Positions 37,902 through 52,616 of a stretch of 64,000 bases of DNA are shown here, piece by piece. This DNA is from Octopus vulgaris (lineage: Eukaryota), in NCBI GenBank assembly GCA_951406725.2, contig OX597816.1, forward strand, positions 87,730,001 to 87,794,000, read 5' to 3'. The number at the start of each line of letters is the position of its first letter. Positions within the stretch are counted from its first letter, which is position 1. The position numbers were made by a program, and so were the translations under genes. The notes under the pieces are model-generated. The model worked only from the letters and a program-made list of their open reading frames with translations, was not told the DNA's origin and searched no databases.

Positions 37902-39356
37902 GTTAGCAAAAAGAAATGACTAACACCTATATATATATATATTAATAAATATATATATATGTATATATATAATATTAATAATAGTAGTAATACAAATAAT
38001 ACTATAATCTCTAATTAGATGAAATAACCTTTAGAAAAAAGACCACCTGTTAACATTGAAATTTATTTATGTGTGTTTAGAATGCACCATTTCCTTGAAA
38101 TCTTCCATGAAACCACTAACACCATCATCACTACCACCACTACTATTACTTCTACCAAAACTCCAACAATAGCAACAGAGGAAGTGAGGGAGCATCTTTG
38201 ACAACACTTGCCAGAAGCAGTAGCCAAATCTCCCTCAAAATCATACCCTACTATCTACAAAAAGAAGAATTATGTAATGTTTTCAGTAAAATCCCTTAAC
38301 CCTCTCTTTTAAATTTTCTATGATGAATCAATGAGGGATTCTTTTTCTATGTTTTAACTTAACTTCCTTATTCTTCATAATGGACAAAATCTTTCCCAGC
38401 AAATTAATCTTTTGCTGATGAGATAAGAGGGCCCTGCTTAAAATATTGGCTAATTCTTCACCTCAGGCACACCAGTCTATTGTGTGTACATTTTGTTGCT
38501 ATTCAGATTTATTAATTGGGTTTCAGCCAATGTCGACTGTGATATTAATTAGAAATTATAAATAGTTGTATTAAAATTGATGGTAGTAGTGGTGGTAGTG
38601 TTGGTCGGTGGGAAGAAAAATGGGGAACTAATTCTGCATCGTGTGCCTCTTGCTATCTATCTATCTTTCAATAGCTCTTTTTTTTTTTACAGCAAACAGG
38701 TCACTCTAATCTCTCTGAAAGAAATAAACCCTCTGTTCTGTCCAATGCTTTAGCTAGCTGAATAACTTTCAAACTGCATTACTATCAACTCTCAAACAAT
38801 CATGACCCTCTCTTCATCTGTCGCTGAATTCACTAACTCAAACACACAATGCTCTAACTCTCTCTCTCTCTTTCTTGCTTTCTGAAGAGACTGAACCATC
38901 CTGTGTTCTTCCTGCTTTTGTATTCTATTTTCATCACTAATTTAACTAACTATACTAAAACCTCTCTCTTCTCTTTCTCTCTTTCTCTCTCAAGCTGTCT
39001 GCTGCCTGATTTACTTGGAGCTTTTCTTTTACTATTTCTGCTTGCCATAATTTCATTGTCTACCATTTAACTTCTTTTTATAATGTTCAATTCTCTTTCA
39101 GTTTGGTTTGTGTATACACATACACATATATAAAATGCGTGTGTGAGTGTGTGTTTATATGTGTGTATATATAATTTTTATATTGATAAACTAAGTGCAT
39201 GTTAAGGTGCCTGTCATATAAGTAATATTTTAGATCTCCATGTTTTCTGTTATAGCAGCAACAACAACTAACAAAAAAGCCTTTGAAGAGAATCTGTGTT
39301 ATTTTGCAAAATTTCTTGCTAAGGGTCATTGTGGTTATAAAGATCACGGAGTGTAT

Positions 39357-39405
<49 letters not shown>

Positions 39406-39881
39406 TATATATATGATATATGATATATATATATGATATGCAAAAAACAAGCCTAACATCCTTACTCATATTTCAGTATTTCATAAAGAAATCATCACAT
39501 AATCCATGTTGCAATAGTCACTGAAACAGCTGTAAAGATGCTATAAATATAGAGTTTCATAATAGATTTCCCAGGCTTGACTTTTGTGTGAATACAGGCA
39601 TATATATGTGCCACATCAAGTGTAAGGTTGTCACCAGTACTTATTATCTATCTATCTATCCAATCATACACACTATTTATACAGAGTAGATGTGGAGTAA
39701 AATATTTGTTACATTAGTTATCAATACTTAAATTCACTATCTTCTGTATATGTGACGATGATGATGGTAACCTCTCTACTCTTGTCACAAATTTCATTCT
39801 CCTTCTTTCATTTACTATATATACCAGGCAGGTATATATACCTTGCACTATTTCTCTTTCTCTCTCTTCATACACACACAC

Positions 39882-39914
<33 letters not shown>

Positions 39915-40121
39915 CAAAGTTGATTTGTGGGGTATCGCACGAGTGGAATTATATACGAAAGAAGGTTTGAAATTTTCAAACCTTCTTTCGTATATATATA
40001 TATATATATTTGTAATTCAGTTATGTTTTAGAAGGTTGACTGTGACTTCAGAGTTTTACCAAGAAAAGCTTAGACTATTTGATAAATCTTCCTTTGTAAA
40101 ACTTTGAGGTTAGAGTCTTCG

Positions 40122-40255
40122 TTAACCCTTTGAGCCCGTAACACCAATTTACCGGTGGATGGCTTATTTTTCTTTATACCGTAGCACTGCTCTACTGGTG
40201 GAGTGCCAGGTATATGGTCAAATAAGGTCCAGGAGGTCAGGGCTGAAAGGGTTAA
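40122..40255. mobile_element. Short piggyBac-type MITE family 3 (134 bp)
   Basis: TTAA-CCCTTTGAGCCC ... GGGCTGAAAGGG-TTAA (12-bp TIR, one mismatch). Confidence 0.75.
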
Positions 40256-40740
40256 TTATTAGAAAATATTTAACTCCGCATCATATATCAACTCCTCTCT
40301 TCAATTTATATTCATTAATTGCCTGTTATTATTGAGAATAATATTATTAATAAATATACTCATAAAAAGAGAGATGGTGGAACAAGTGTCATCAAATGAA
40401 AGAATGAGCATTTGGTATATATAAAGATAGAGTTAAAGATATTTATGTTTACAACATGGAGCCATATTACTCCAGAAAATCTCCAGTGATACTTTGTACA
40501 GACTCGAATCAAACCTAAGATATGACTACTGAACTTAAAATCATCACGTATATTTCAGCCTACTCTCAATGCATGGAGTTACGGAGATCAGATTCAGATA
40601 TATCTGGTGATTTTAAGTTCATTTGATAACAAAAAAAAAAGAAAAAGAAAGGAAAGAAAAGATTTGATTGAATTCTATGGAAACTTTCATTAGAGTTTAT
40701 CTAAAACACAGACTAATATGCTTTGACTGATTCCATACTG

Positions 40741-40777
<37 letters not shown>

Positions 40778-42090
40778 TACATACAAAGACATTATATATG
40801 TATATGTATACATACACAATCACACACTATATACATCATATATACCATCCTAATCTTGTCTGCATAATTGTAGGTAGGTTTGTTAGAACAATATATCTAC
40901 ATTACATAGGAATGGCATGCTTTTGTTGTTTCACCACTAAACAACTGCACCCCACCCTCTACCAAATGCCATTTGCCAATCTAATATTTTGAATCTTTTT
41001 CCGAGTAACTTACCTTGCATTTATTTATTTGTTTCTTTTGTTTTTCTATAAATTATTTTTTTCAATATTTATTTTGGTTTTTATCTTGCATTCTTTATGA
41101 AGGGGTTTCTTTTTTTAAAAAAAATATTTCTTTTTTTTGTTTTTTCATCATTGTTGTTGCTTCCATATTGAAATATGCAGTTTTTATAGTAAATTGAAAA
41201 TTTGTTGTTGTTTTTTTTTTGTTATATCTTTGTAATGTAGTAATGGTTAATGTTTTTTGTTTTCATTTTCCCCTTTATTTTGTTATTCATTTATTTATTT
41301 ATTTATTTATTTATTTACTTATTTACTTATTTATTTATTTTGGAGGTGAAGATGATAGGAATCTTATTTGTTCTGTTAATAAGATTAACCTCTATCAGCA
41401 CTTTTAACTCTACCTTGGGTATGTTAACTGGGCTCCCACTCTCCTGCAAATATTTGAGTTAGTACTCTGGTCTGAGAATAACTTCTTCACAATGACTTGC
41501 CAGTCTTGGAGTTCTTAGGTGGGAGTGGAAGCTATAAGCACTTCTTGCCTTTCCTTCTCTGACTGTGCCATAAAGTAATACAATTTTAACCCTTTTCTGA
41601 TATTCTTTTTAAAATAACACTGCTTCTGTTTCAATTAACTTTGAAAATAAGGAAGAATTTTGTAGAACAACTTTGTCGTTATTATGGTAGTGTTTGGAAC
41701 ATAAAGTAACATGAAATTTTGGTGGAGGGTCTCGCTTTTGACCTCTTAAAAGACAAAGTTTGTATCAAAGAACCAGGAGCAGCCTAATGCAGATTGGTAT
41801 GAAAAGGGCTGATTTCATTATTGTCATTTAATGTCCATTTTCCATGCTGGCATTGTTTGAATGAATCAACAGGATCTGGCAAGCTGCAAGGCTATGTTGA
41901 ATTCCAGTGTTACCTTTGGTTTCTATGGCTGGCCGCCCTTCCTAATGCCAACCATATTACAGTGTGTGCTGGGTGCTTTTTTGGGGGGTGGGGTTGTGCT
42001 TCTGGCACAAGTGATCTCACTACTCAGCTATCTGTTTTTGCAAATCTTAATGATATATATAACTTGATACTTATCTCTAGTTTTCATAAC

Positions 42091-42320
42091 TTAACCCTTT
42101 CGTTACTGTATTTATTTTGAGATGCTCTGTGTTTCTTTCCATTAATTTTAAATAGAACAAAGAATTTAGTAAAATAACTTAATTACCATTAAGCTAGTGT
42201 TGGAAACATAAATTGTGACTAAGGTTTGGTGAAAGATTTTAATTCAAAACTTAAGAAAACAAGGCACTTGTACTACAGAGCCAGAGGCAGTTTCGGCCAG
42301 GTTGGTAATGAAAGGGTTAA
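42091..42320. mobile_element. piggyBac-type MITE family 2
   Basis: TTAA-CCCTTTCGTTAC ... GTAATGAAAGGG-TTAA; more diverged relatives at 41586-41812, ~42880-43013 and 57676-57904. Confidence 0.85.
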
Positions 42321-42610
42321 GGTAACTTGCTCTTCTCTCATATAGTTTGCTGGTCAATTGCAAGGAGCTTTGCTACTTGAACTCACTCATATTGCATTTG
42401 TCAAACAACAGTGTGGCTATGGTTACTATAACTGTTCAAGTAGCTCTAGCTTTGCTGTACTTTGTCACTGCCAGTTAAGCTAGATTGTTGAAGAATTAAG
42501 CTTTTGTGAGTGCATGTCTTATGAAAAATATACTGCTTAAGTGTCCTAATTATAACCTAAAATTTAGATTTAATAGAAGAACTTAATTCTTCATTACTTA
42601 GCTAATGGTT

Positions 42611-42865
42611 GTGGAAGCACGTGGCTTAGTGGTTAGGGTGTCAGCATCATGATCGTAAGATTGTGGTTTCGATTCCTGGACCGGATGATGCATTGTGTTC
42701 TTGAGCAAAACACTTTATTTCACGTTGCTCCAGTTCACTCAGCTGGCAAAAGTGAGTAGCGCTGCGATGGACTGGCATCCCATCCAGCTGGGGAACATAT
42801 ATGGCATAGAAACCGGGCCCATGAGCCTGTCTAGGCATTAAAAGGGCACATTTATTTATTATTTT
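42611..42865 (+). mobile_element. tRNA-derived SINE family C
   Basis: TGGCTTAGTGG A box, GTTTCGATTCC B box; 10-bp TSD GCTAATGGTT 42601-10/42866-75. Confidence 0.9.
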
Positions 42866-44816
42866 GCTAATGGTTCGGAGGAAATGTACCTCAACACAAA
42901 GTTATTGAATAATTTTATGATGGAATGTTTTAATTTAGATCTTATCACTTTAAAATATTTTCTATCAAAGAAACAGAGCCAGTGTCAGGTAGGTTGGTTA
43001 TCAAAAGGGTTAAATGTATAAAATCACAGACACAACGCAGTACCAACAACAGCGGCAGGCTATGAACGGCCAAACTTTTCTTTAGTTTTTCTATTAACTA
43101 CTGCCTCCCCACATTCATCCACTTTAATAAAAATATGACTCAGCATAGCATTTGTTTTTACTGTACTTCGTATTTTCAAGATAAATAGGATTTTTGAAAA
43201 AAAAATGAAGTTTCTTTAAATAAGTAAAACCAAATAAAAAAGAAAGTGAAAAATCAGAAAGGCAGGAAAGATAAATTTTAAAAAAAGAATTTAAAAAAAA
43301 AAAAAGACAAAACATCCAAAACGATAAATTGTTTTCATTGAATCAATTCAAATTGCAATCAATAATACATTTTTATCATTTTTTTTTTTTGTTGTTACAT
43401 TTTCTAACTATGTTAAACAAAATTTCAAGTTAGGTTCAAAATACAAAAGAGAGGAAAGAAGATAAAAAAAAAAAAGAGAAATTTTGATTTCAACTCAACC
43501 TCAGTTACATCTTTATAATAATTTATCTTGCTAGTCAACATTTGGCTACCTTACATTTATGCAGCAGGTTTTATTTATTTATTATTTTTTTTATGTTTTA
43601 ATTTTAGGGGATTTTTTTTTCTCTTCTCATTTTTTTTTATTTGCTTGTAGCTTGTTATACTGGAAGTTTCTACAATCTCCTGTTTTGTTTTTTCTTTGTA
43701 GCCTTTTCTTTTATTTCTTAACGACATATTTTGTGTAATATACATACATGCACACATACATATTGTGTGTATGTGTGTGTGTGCATGCGTGCACATGCTT
43801 AGTATTCAGAGAGCAATGGGTGAAAAAGACAACAATACTTACATTAATTTTATGTGCAAATCTCTTTGGGGGCAAGCTCACCACACTTTTCATCTGATTT
43901 GTGTGGTAAAAAATAGATCTTCACCAAAAATGTCTGACTTCATGATTAATACTAACATTCATCATCACCTTAATTAATTATTATCATATGCTTAGTAGCA
44001 TTTCTTCTGGCTTTTCATTCCGAGTTCAAATTCTGCCCCAAGGTTGATTTTACTTTCATCATTTCAGGGTTGATAAAATAAGTACCTGTTGAGCACTGAC
44101 ATTGCTATAGCTGAAAAGCCTCTTCTCCCCAAATTTCAGGCCCTGTGCCTGAATTAGTATTATTTGGCAGAGCAGTTGGGTAGAATTGTAGAACAAATAG
44201 ACTTAGTTAAAAGCTGATTTATGGGATGCTGTGTGCAAAAAAATTTTTAATTACTATTTATTTAGTTGAAGAAAGAAAATAAATATCTTAGTGGAGATGA
44301 ACTGCTCTCAACACAAAACAAAAAAAAGAAGGAGATAACTTCAGGACATTGAAATTAAATTTCCCAAAAGTTAATTTACATGCTTAGGAGAATGGAAGTT
44401 TGATGTTTGCCTGCAAACAACGGATAACTATGGACATGTTTCCATCTTTGAGACCCCATCTACATATTATAATGCACACAAGCCTGCCTGGTTATTTAAC
44501 AGATTTTCTCATATAGTAGAAGAGTTCTGGATAAGTTTTTAACCAGAACCATTTGCATGATTCAAAATGAAGTAAGCTAAGGCAAATAACTCAAATAGGT
44601 CAATGATATGAATTCAAATAAATAAATTAAAGTTTTATGTACTGATTGTAACTTGCATAATATTCTTAAGGGGAAAAAGTAAACAAAAGTCTAGAAACAG
44701 TTGTTGGCGACTCTCAAAACAAAGGGGAGATAATTTCAAGAAAATATGATTTATTCTATTTGGCTTAATTTAAATACTTCAAGGAAGGGATATAGAGTAT
44801 GAGACAAAATACTTTA

Positions 44817-45243
44817 GGTACTGGCATGGCTGTGAGGTGAGAAGTTTCTTTCCTAACCACATGGTTTTAGATTTAGTCCTAATGTGTGGTACCTTGGCCA
44901 GATGTCTTCTGCTGTACTGTTGGGTCCACCTTAGCCTGCCTTGTGAGTGGATTTGGTGGAGGGAAACTGAAAGAAGCCCTTTGTATATGTATGTATATGA
45001 ACATTTGAATGCATTTATGTGTGTTTGCATGTCTCCTTGCCTTGATTTCTTGTGATAGTTATAAACAAATGTCACTGACATACAAGTAGTGCTCTCCCTT
45101 TCTAATCTTCTGTGAAAACATGGGAAATATTGTCTTACTTGGAAATAGATGAGGGTTGGCAGCAGTAAGGGCATCCAGTTGCAGAAACTGCACCTCAACA
45201 AATTCTATCCAACTAATGCAACCTTGGAGATGATGATGATGAG
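44817..45243 (+). mobile_element. SINE family B with alternative tail ending (GAT)n; similar copies at 5913-6340, 16580-16985 (-), 29580-29910 (-), 61200-61635 and 63730-64000
   Basis: Same head/core as the 14069 copy but a different 3' half (aagggcatccag...catgc...atgatgatg). Confidence 0.75.
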
Positions 45244-45701
45244 TCATTCCTCATCACATTCGCTGTTACAATTTTTTTTTTTTTTTTTTGTACAACTAAA
45301 ACACAGAATGCCTGCCAAATATTTCATCTCAGATTTGATCAAGAATTGACCTTTGCTCAAGATGTGTTAAAAAGATATCATCATTTGCATCATCGTGTGT
45401 TTGTTTATTTATTTATTTATATTTTTTACTTATTTTCTTCGTACATTGATCATTTTCCACTGATTTTTATTTTTCTCTGTGTCCAAACAGATATTTTCAT
45501 TAAAAAAATTCATTTAGTTTATTATTAAAACATAATCTTTAAAAAGAGAGTAAATTCATGAAAATCATCAGCAAACTTATTCTTATATAATGTTGGTTTA
45601 TATATATATATATTTATTTATTCATTCTTCTCTTATTTCACATGATTACAAACTTCATTCCGCATTCATTATTCTTTCTTTTTGAAGTCATTGTTTTATT
45701 T

Positions 45702-45735
<34 letters not shown>

Positions 45736-48700
45736 TCAATTTTTCCATTTTTCACTTTATCTTTTAAGGTAGTGAAAAATAATTTCAAATTCATGACAGT
45801 TTCTCAAAACTTGGTTAATTTTCATACTATGATATGTTTCTCTCTCTGCTTCTTTATATCTACCTGTCTCCTCTCTCGATCTGTCTATTTCTCTCCCCCC
45901 CCTCCTCTCTCTCTCTCTCTTTCTCTCTTGCAGCTTTGAATGGAATTTATAGATGTCTTGCAAAGCTAGCTTCTGATGCACCTTAATGTATATGGCACTG
46001 TATTGACACGATATGTCTATCTTTCTCATTTTTCTCCTCTCCATCTATCTATCTATCTATCTTTTATATATATATATAAATATATATGTTTATATCCCTA
46101 TCTGTCTCCCTTTTTTTCTCTCCCCCTTGAGAGTATGTGTGTGTGTGTACGTATATATATGTATGTATATATATATATATATATATATATACACTCACAC
46201 ATGTACATACGTCCACACTTTTCCATTCATTATAATGATGTTTTAACGAACAATATTTATTTTGTTATTGCATTTTTCTTGGTAATTCTCAAGGTAAAAT
46301 GGAGTAAACAATAACTTCTAATGAGTATACTGTGTATGTATGTATGTATGCATATGTGTGAGTTGTGTGCTCATGCCAATATATATGTCTGTATATATGT
46401 TATGTGTCTATATATATGGTATAGTTATCTACATGTTTCTCTGTATAATTTATGTGTGTGTATGTATACAATGTCTATGTAAATTGTATTTATTTATACA
46501 TGTTTCTATATAGATAATGTGTGGATTTGTATATGTGTACACACATATGTATGTGTCTGCATGCACTAAAATATCTGTTATATATGTGTTTTTGTGTGTA
46601 TTTATGTATTGTGTTCTTATGCTTATATGTATGTGTATGTACATGATTACACATGTATTTAATTCTGAAAGAGCCGCATATTGGCTTTGGAGCAAGAGAG
46701 ATAAATTAAGCTGGAAGAGATGAGAAGCGGTGACCTGGCCACCTCTGCTGACCCACCAAAAGGAGTGTGTTAATGGTTCAGGGTCGAAACACCCGGTGAA
46801 TGTTGGATACCACCTGTTGACATGAGTTCCTCATAGCCAAAGCTCCATTCACTTTGGTGAATGGAAAAAGCACCTTCCTAGAGGTGTGTGAACATGAATA
46901 CACATGTCTATAACTGTATGTGTGTGTGTGTACCCACATATCCCGCTGTAAAAACCATATCAAAGATTAGACACTGTAGCAAGATCCATTGAACCTTGAT
47001 GAACTTTCCAACCCATGCAAGTGTAGAAAGCAAATGTAAAATAATTATGCTAATGAAGGTGATGCTTATTACTTATTGGGCAACATTAGAGGTTTCTGGC
47101 CTAGTTCTCATCCAGGCCTTGACCGTAGCTACATTAGAAATTTTACATTAATACTAGTTTGTCAACTAGCTACAGATACCAGTCAATTTTTTTTAATTCC
47201 ATGCAGTACCCTCCCACTCCCTGCCAAAATAAGTCACACTGGAAAACATAATCCAGAGGACACTGCAAGTAGTCATAGCATAAACGATGAGCTCAAATAA
47301 AACCAAAATAGGTCCAGACCTGTCACCATATTGCTTTGAAATTAGACTTACTCTCCTCTGCACTCCACATTAAGTGAAAGCTCCAATGCCCTCTCTTCAG
47401 TTCAACCATTTAAGCATTTTGGTTTGAACAAATGCAGACAACATAGAATGATGAGGGCTCTTTTGTATCCAGAGTACTGGGCAACAGGCCACCTTACTGG
47501 TGCTACTGCCATTGATAAAATACACTGAGTACTCTTTCTAAAGTGGTTGGAAAATGAGAGCAGTTAATGTCTTGTTGAAAGGACCCTTTAGTGAGGATAT
47601 TGGTGATCTCCAATGTTGATCTCATATTAAAACACACCTACTACACCCTGTGTGTATTAAAAGGAGTATCCAGCCATTGAAACCACGTCAACAATTGGTC
47701 ATATGAGTGACATAATATAATTCACCAACCCACCCATAATTGCAGTGTCTTTGGATAAGAACTAATTCAAAACATGTCAACCTATTCTAGCATAGTAGAA
47801 GGCATGAAATGTTTATGATGATTAGTCTGAAGAGGAAGTCAGTACAAATAACCCTCTATAGGAGGTCCTAGACTGGTGGAAAACTGACGTACATGCTTGT
47901 AACAGAGTAAACTCCCGTGGGTCTTGTTGGTTGTGAAACCAAGCAACTGGGGAAATACTTAGTTATTTTTTTTCATGTCTGTATTAGAAAGTGCAGCAAA
48001 TATTGGTGCTATATATGTCTTGTAACAAATTATTCCATTTAAGAATATTAAAAATTACTACCCCTAAAACTGGGTTGTTACAAATGATGGAATACAATAT
48101 ACATCTGTTAGTGTTTATGGTCCTGTTTTTAGCTGTTGAAACGACGAATAATTTTTAAATGAGAGGAACAGATATTTACAATGAGCCAGTTTGGGGGCAG
48201 GGACATTTTGTATAGTATTAAATTCTTTCTTACAGACATGTTAACATGTACCCATGTATGTGTGTAATATACACATACATTTTATCTCTGTATGAACAAG
48301 TGGTTTGAAAGTTCACTTTGTTATTATGTGGTTACAGGTTCAGCCCAACTGCATGGCATTCTGTACCTATAGCCTCTGATCAATCCAAGCTTAGTGTGTA
48401 AAATTAGATTGATAAGGACTGCACAAGTGTCAGTAATTCTGCCTTATCACTTCCTCTTTCTCCCTCTGTCACTCTCACACACAGAGTAAAGATGATTCTG
48501 CCCAAGTATCACATCAAAAATACAAGTATTTGTGGAACTCTTACCCACTAACATTACTGTAATTCTATTAGCAATTCAATTGATTAACACCTGGAAGATT
48601 TATAAACACTTGTGGGGAATCCATTTTACCCACACCCTCCACCACCAAATTTTTAAGTTTGTATATGTAATATATGTATTATTATAGCTATATTAATTAT

Positions 48701-50128
48701 TATCATTTTATATCATTTTTCTCATGCCTGTATATAGTTAATATATCTACAGGTACACACCATTTACAAGCACTGATCTACGATGTATAAAGAATGTTTC
48801 TACAACATTCTGTTGACTCCTATTCCTTCCAAGAGCACCTGCCATATATTTCTGTGAGAGAAAAAGCCAAGGCTACATAAATGTTTTACTTGTAAAGCAT
48901 TTGTCTCTCATCATATATTAAATGGCAATAAAATAATTGCATGTATCTGTAAATTCTTCTGATAGACATAGTCAAACCATTTAGGATGAACATCTATTTG
49001 CTGTGGATGTGGCTGTACTAATGACACCAGAGCTCCCTGGTGCACCCCCTCATAATTGCATGAGTTTTGTCAGATCAGAATTTGGTAGTCTGAGCTAGAT
49101 GTTTCCACCATCATCAATGCTCATTCTTGCTACACTACTCATCCTCTCTCTCTCATTCTCTCTTGAGCCAGATGTTATGGCTTGCTTTCTCAGAGACATC
49201 CAACAACTTTCTGGCAACATGTTTTGTCTCTTCCACTAAAATATAATTGCTAAGCTTAATCCCTCTGGATAACATCTTGATCAGCTGTTTTTTAGTGAAA
49301 CCTTATGATGGCTGGCACATTTTAAGTGGAACTTGGCTGGCAAGAATTGTGCAGAAATTTGTCGTGTATATATATATAGAGCCTATGTGAAGACACATGG
49401 CTTAGTGGTTGGGATATTCGGCTCACAATTGTAAGGTCTTGAGTTCAATTCCTGGTGATGCATTGTGTCCCTGAGCAAGACAATTTATTTTCACATTGCT
49501 CCAGTCCACTCAGCTGGCAAAAATGAGTTGTATCTGTATTTCAAAGGGCCAGCCTTGTCACATTCTGTGTCATGCTGACTCTCCCCAAAAACCATGTGTC
49601 TGTGGAATGCTCAACCACTTTCCACATTAATTTCACGAGCAGGCTGTTCTGTTGATCATATCATCTGGGACCCTCATCGTCATAACTGACAGAGTGCTTC
49701 TATATAGCCTATGCTTTAATAATACAATTCTGTTACAAAAGCCTCTGAGTACTTTTGGTAAATTAGATGAGGAAGGATGTAAGAGACCAAATTGGCTTAA
49801 CAGGAATGAACTTCAGTTTCCCTTTGTGTGTCTCCTCTAATTTGCATATATATATATATATATATTTGACTGTTTGTGTGTCCATATTCATTTTTGTATC
49901 TATGTTCGTTGGTGTAAAAAGCAGTGTTGTATCAAGAAATGTAACTTAGCCATTTGTTAAAATATAAATCAATAAAATAAGTACAATTAACTAAAATCCC
50001 TTGAAGTAATTTCTCCCAGCATAATTTACAATCTAATGACAAGCCTTTGATTGGTTTTTCTCTGAGTACTGCAATATTATGCTGAGAATTTGCATGGGGT
50101 AAAAATATATTTGAAAGACTGACAACAT

Positions 50129-50131
<3 letters not shown>

Positions 50132-50179
<48 letters not shown>

Positions 50180-50411
50180 CATACATACATACATACATAC
50201 ATACATACATACATACATACATACATACATACATGCATACACACACACACAAATTTACATATTTATATGAAACATAAATTTATCATGCAGACCAAATACA
50301 AAGAAGATTAAAGCTGAAAAAATTAATTTGCATTTAACATTTTTTAATACTGTAATTCTGACAAGCAAGAAAACAAAGTGAATTAAGAAAAATCAATTCA
50401 ACACATATCTA

Positions 50412-50458
<47 letters not shown>

Positions 50459-50572
50459 CATCACACACAAAACACTCACACCCTCACACACACACACACA
50501 CACACAAAGTTTTTGTCACAATTTTGCAAACCGCCTATCTACACATTTCCTTGCTTGTTTATTGATTCACAC

Positions 50573-50615
<43 letters not shown>

Positions 50616-50889
50616 GTATGTATATATATGTATGTATGTATATATGTATGTATGTATATATATGTATGTATGTATATATATGTATATGTGTATGTATGTA
50701 TATGTGTATGTATGTATATGTATGTATGTATATATATGTATGTATGTATATATATATGTGTATGTATATATATGTATGTATATATATATGTGTATGTATA
50801 TATATGTATGTATATATATATGTGTATGTATATATATGTATGTATATATATATGTGTTGTGTATATATATGTATGTATATATATATGTG

Positions 50890-50923
<34 letters not shown>

Positions 50924-50927
50924 TATA
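50132..50927. repeat. Microsatellite cluster (TA)n, (TACA)n, (TCTA)n, (CA)n and a long (TA/TATG) tract at 50576-50927
   Basis: Direct inspection. Confidence 0.95.
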
Positions 50928-51179
50928 GTTGTAATACACAACGCTCAAATGTTCGTAAATCGCTTTTTATTATTTCTCTTGCTCAAAACACCTTTTTGTT
51001 AAAATCTTTGTTCCTGTTTTGTTCCCATTGTTCTTTTTATTATTATTCTTGTTGTTATTATTACTTTCTGTTTTTTTCCCCCTCCATCTCACTTTTATTA
51101 TCAGTTTTCTCTTGTTTTGGTTGTCAACCTTTTCTTGTATATACTGGTGTCTGCTCTTTTTCTGATTCGATCTATTTAG

Positions 51180-51200
51180 TTCCATTGAAATCTCGGATAG
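51180..51200 (+). CDS. Candidate 21-nt symmetric microexon (V)PLKSRI
   Basis: U-rich tract with TGC, tttag acceptor, AG|gtgtag donor (weak), phase 1/1. Confidence 0.35.
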
Positions 51201-51314
51201 GTGTAGAAATAATATTCTTCTTCCAATAATATGATATATTGTTGCCAATGATATTGATTTGTGTCTATAAGAAATTTTTTTTTTTTGTTTTTTGTGATAT
51301 TATTCTTATCAATA

Positions 51315-51348
<34 letters not shown>

Positions 51349-51516
51349 CATCATCATCATTTGTTTACTCCATGTTTTCTTTTGTTTGTTTATTCAATAT
51401 CTTTTCTCACTTTTTTTTTTACCTTTCAGAGACCTCTTTCAGACAACTGTTTATTTTTCTTATATTGTTTGTTGTTGTTATTATTATTATTATTATTATT
51501 ATCATCATCATCATCA

Positions 51517-51566
<50 letters not shown>

Positions 51567-51979
51567 TTGTTGTATGGGTTAAAGCATGGTTTTAGGAATT
51601 TTCAATTCTGAAATGTTTTTGTTTATCATATGGACTTAATGTATGTTTGGATGGAAAGGTGTGTGTTTTTTTTCTTTCTGTCTTGTTTCGTTTCTCATTT
51701 CTTTCTTACCTTATTATTATTATTTTTTTTTTTTTTTTCATTTTTTTGTTGGGTTGGTTTGATTCCCTGTCATGTTTTGTGTTGGTGTTCATTGCTGCTG
51801 TTCTTGTTGTTCTTGTTGTTGTTGTTTTCTTTCTGGTTGCTCTTGCAACTTTTGCCGTTCATTTCGCTTGTTGCTGGGTGGGATTTTTCATTAAGATATG
51901 TTTATGTAAATACTGTAGTCTCCTTGTTCTTTGTTTAGACAATACAAAGATGTACATATGTTTGTGTTTACCTTCCTCT

Positions 51980-52479
51980 GTGCGTGCGTATGTATGTATG
52001 TATATATGTGTGTGTGTGTATATATTTATATGTATATATATATATATATGTATATATATGTATGTGTGTGTATGTATGTATATATATATATATATGTATA
52101 TATATGTATGTGTGTCTGTATGTATATATATATGTATATATATGTGTGTATATATATATATGTATATATTGTATTTAATCTAACATTTATATTGTTAAAA
52201 ATTCTAATTTATCACACGCGTTTATTTGCCTTTGTATGTATATATGTGTGTGTGTGTATATATATATGTATATACATATACATACATGTACATATATATA
52301 CATATTTATGCATGTATATACATATATATACATATTTATAATCATCATATATATAAATATATATATATATACATATATATATACACATATATATATATAT
52401 ATATATGCATGTATATATATATATACATATGTATATACATTCACATATATGTATATATGCACATATATACACATATATG

Positions 52480-52525
<46 letters not shown>

Positions 52526-52616
52526 TATGTATACATATACTTATATATATATACATACACATACATATATATATATATATATATACACATATATATATAT
52601 CTCCATATATATATAT
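51980..52616. repeat. Long compound (TA/TG/CA) microsatellite
   Basis: Direct inspection. Confidence 0.95.

Noticed and set aside
42611-42690. tRNA-like sequences (also 6560-6630 and 14069-14140)
   Set aside because: SINE heads: no complete cloverleaf, and each continues into a repeat body with tail/TSD.
43651-43665. 15-nt phase-1 segment (A)CYTG behind a strong acceptor
   Set aside because: Donor gtttct is too poor to call without RNA data.
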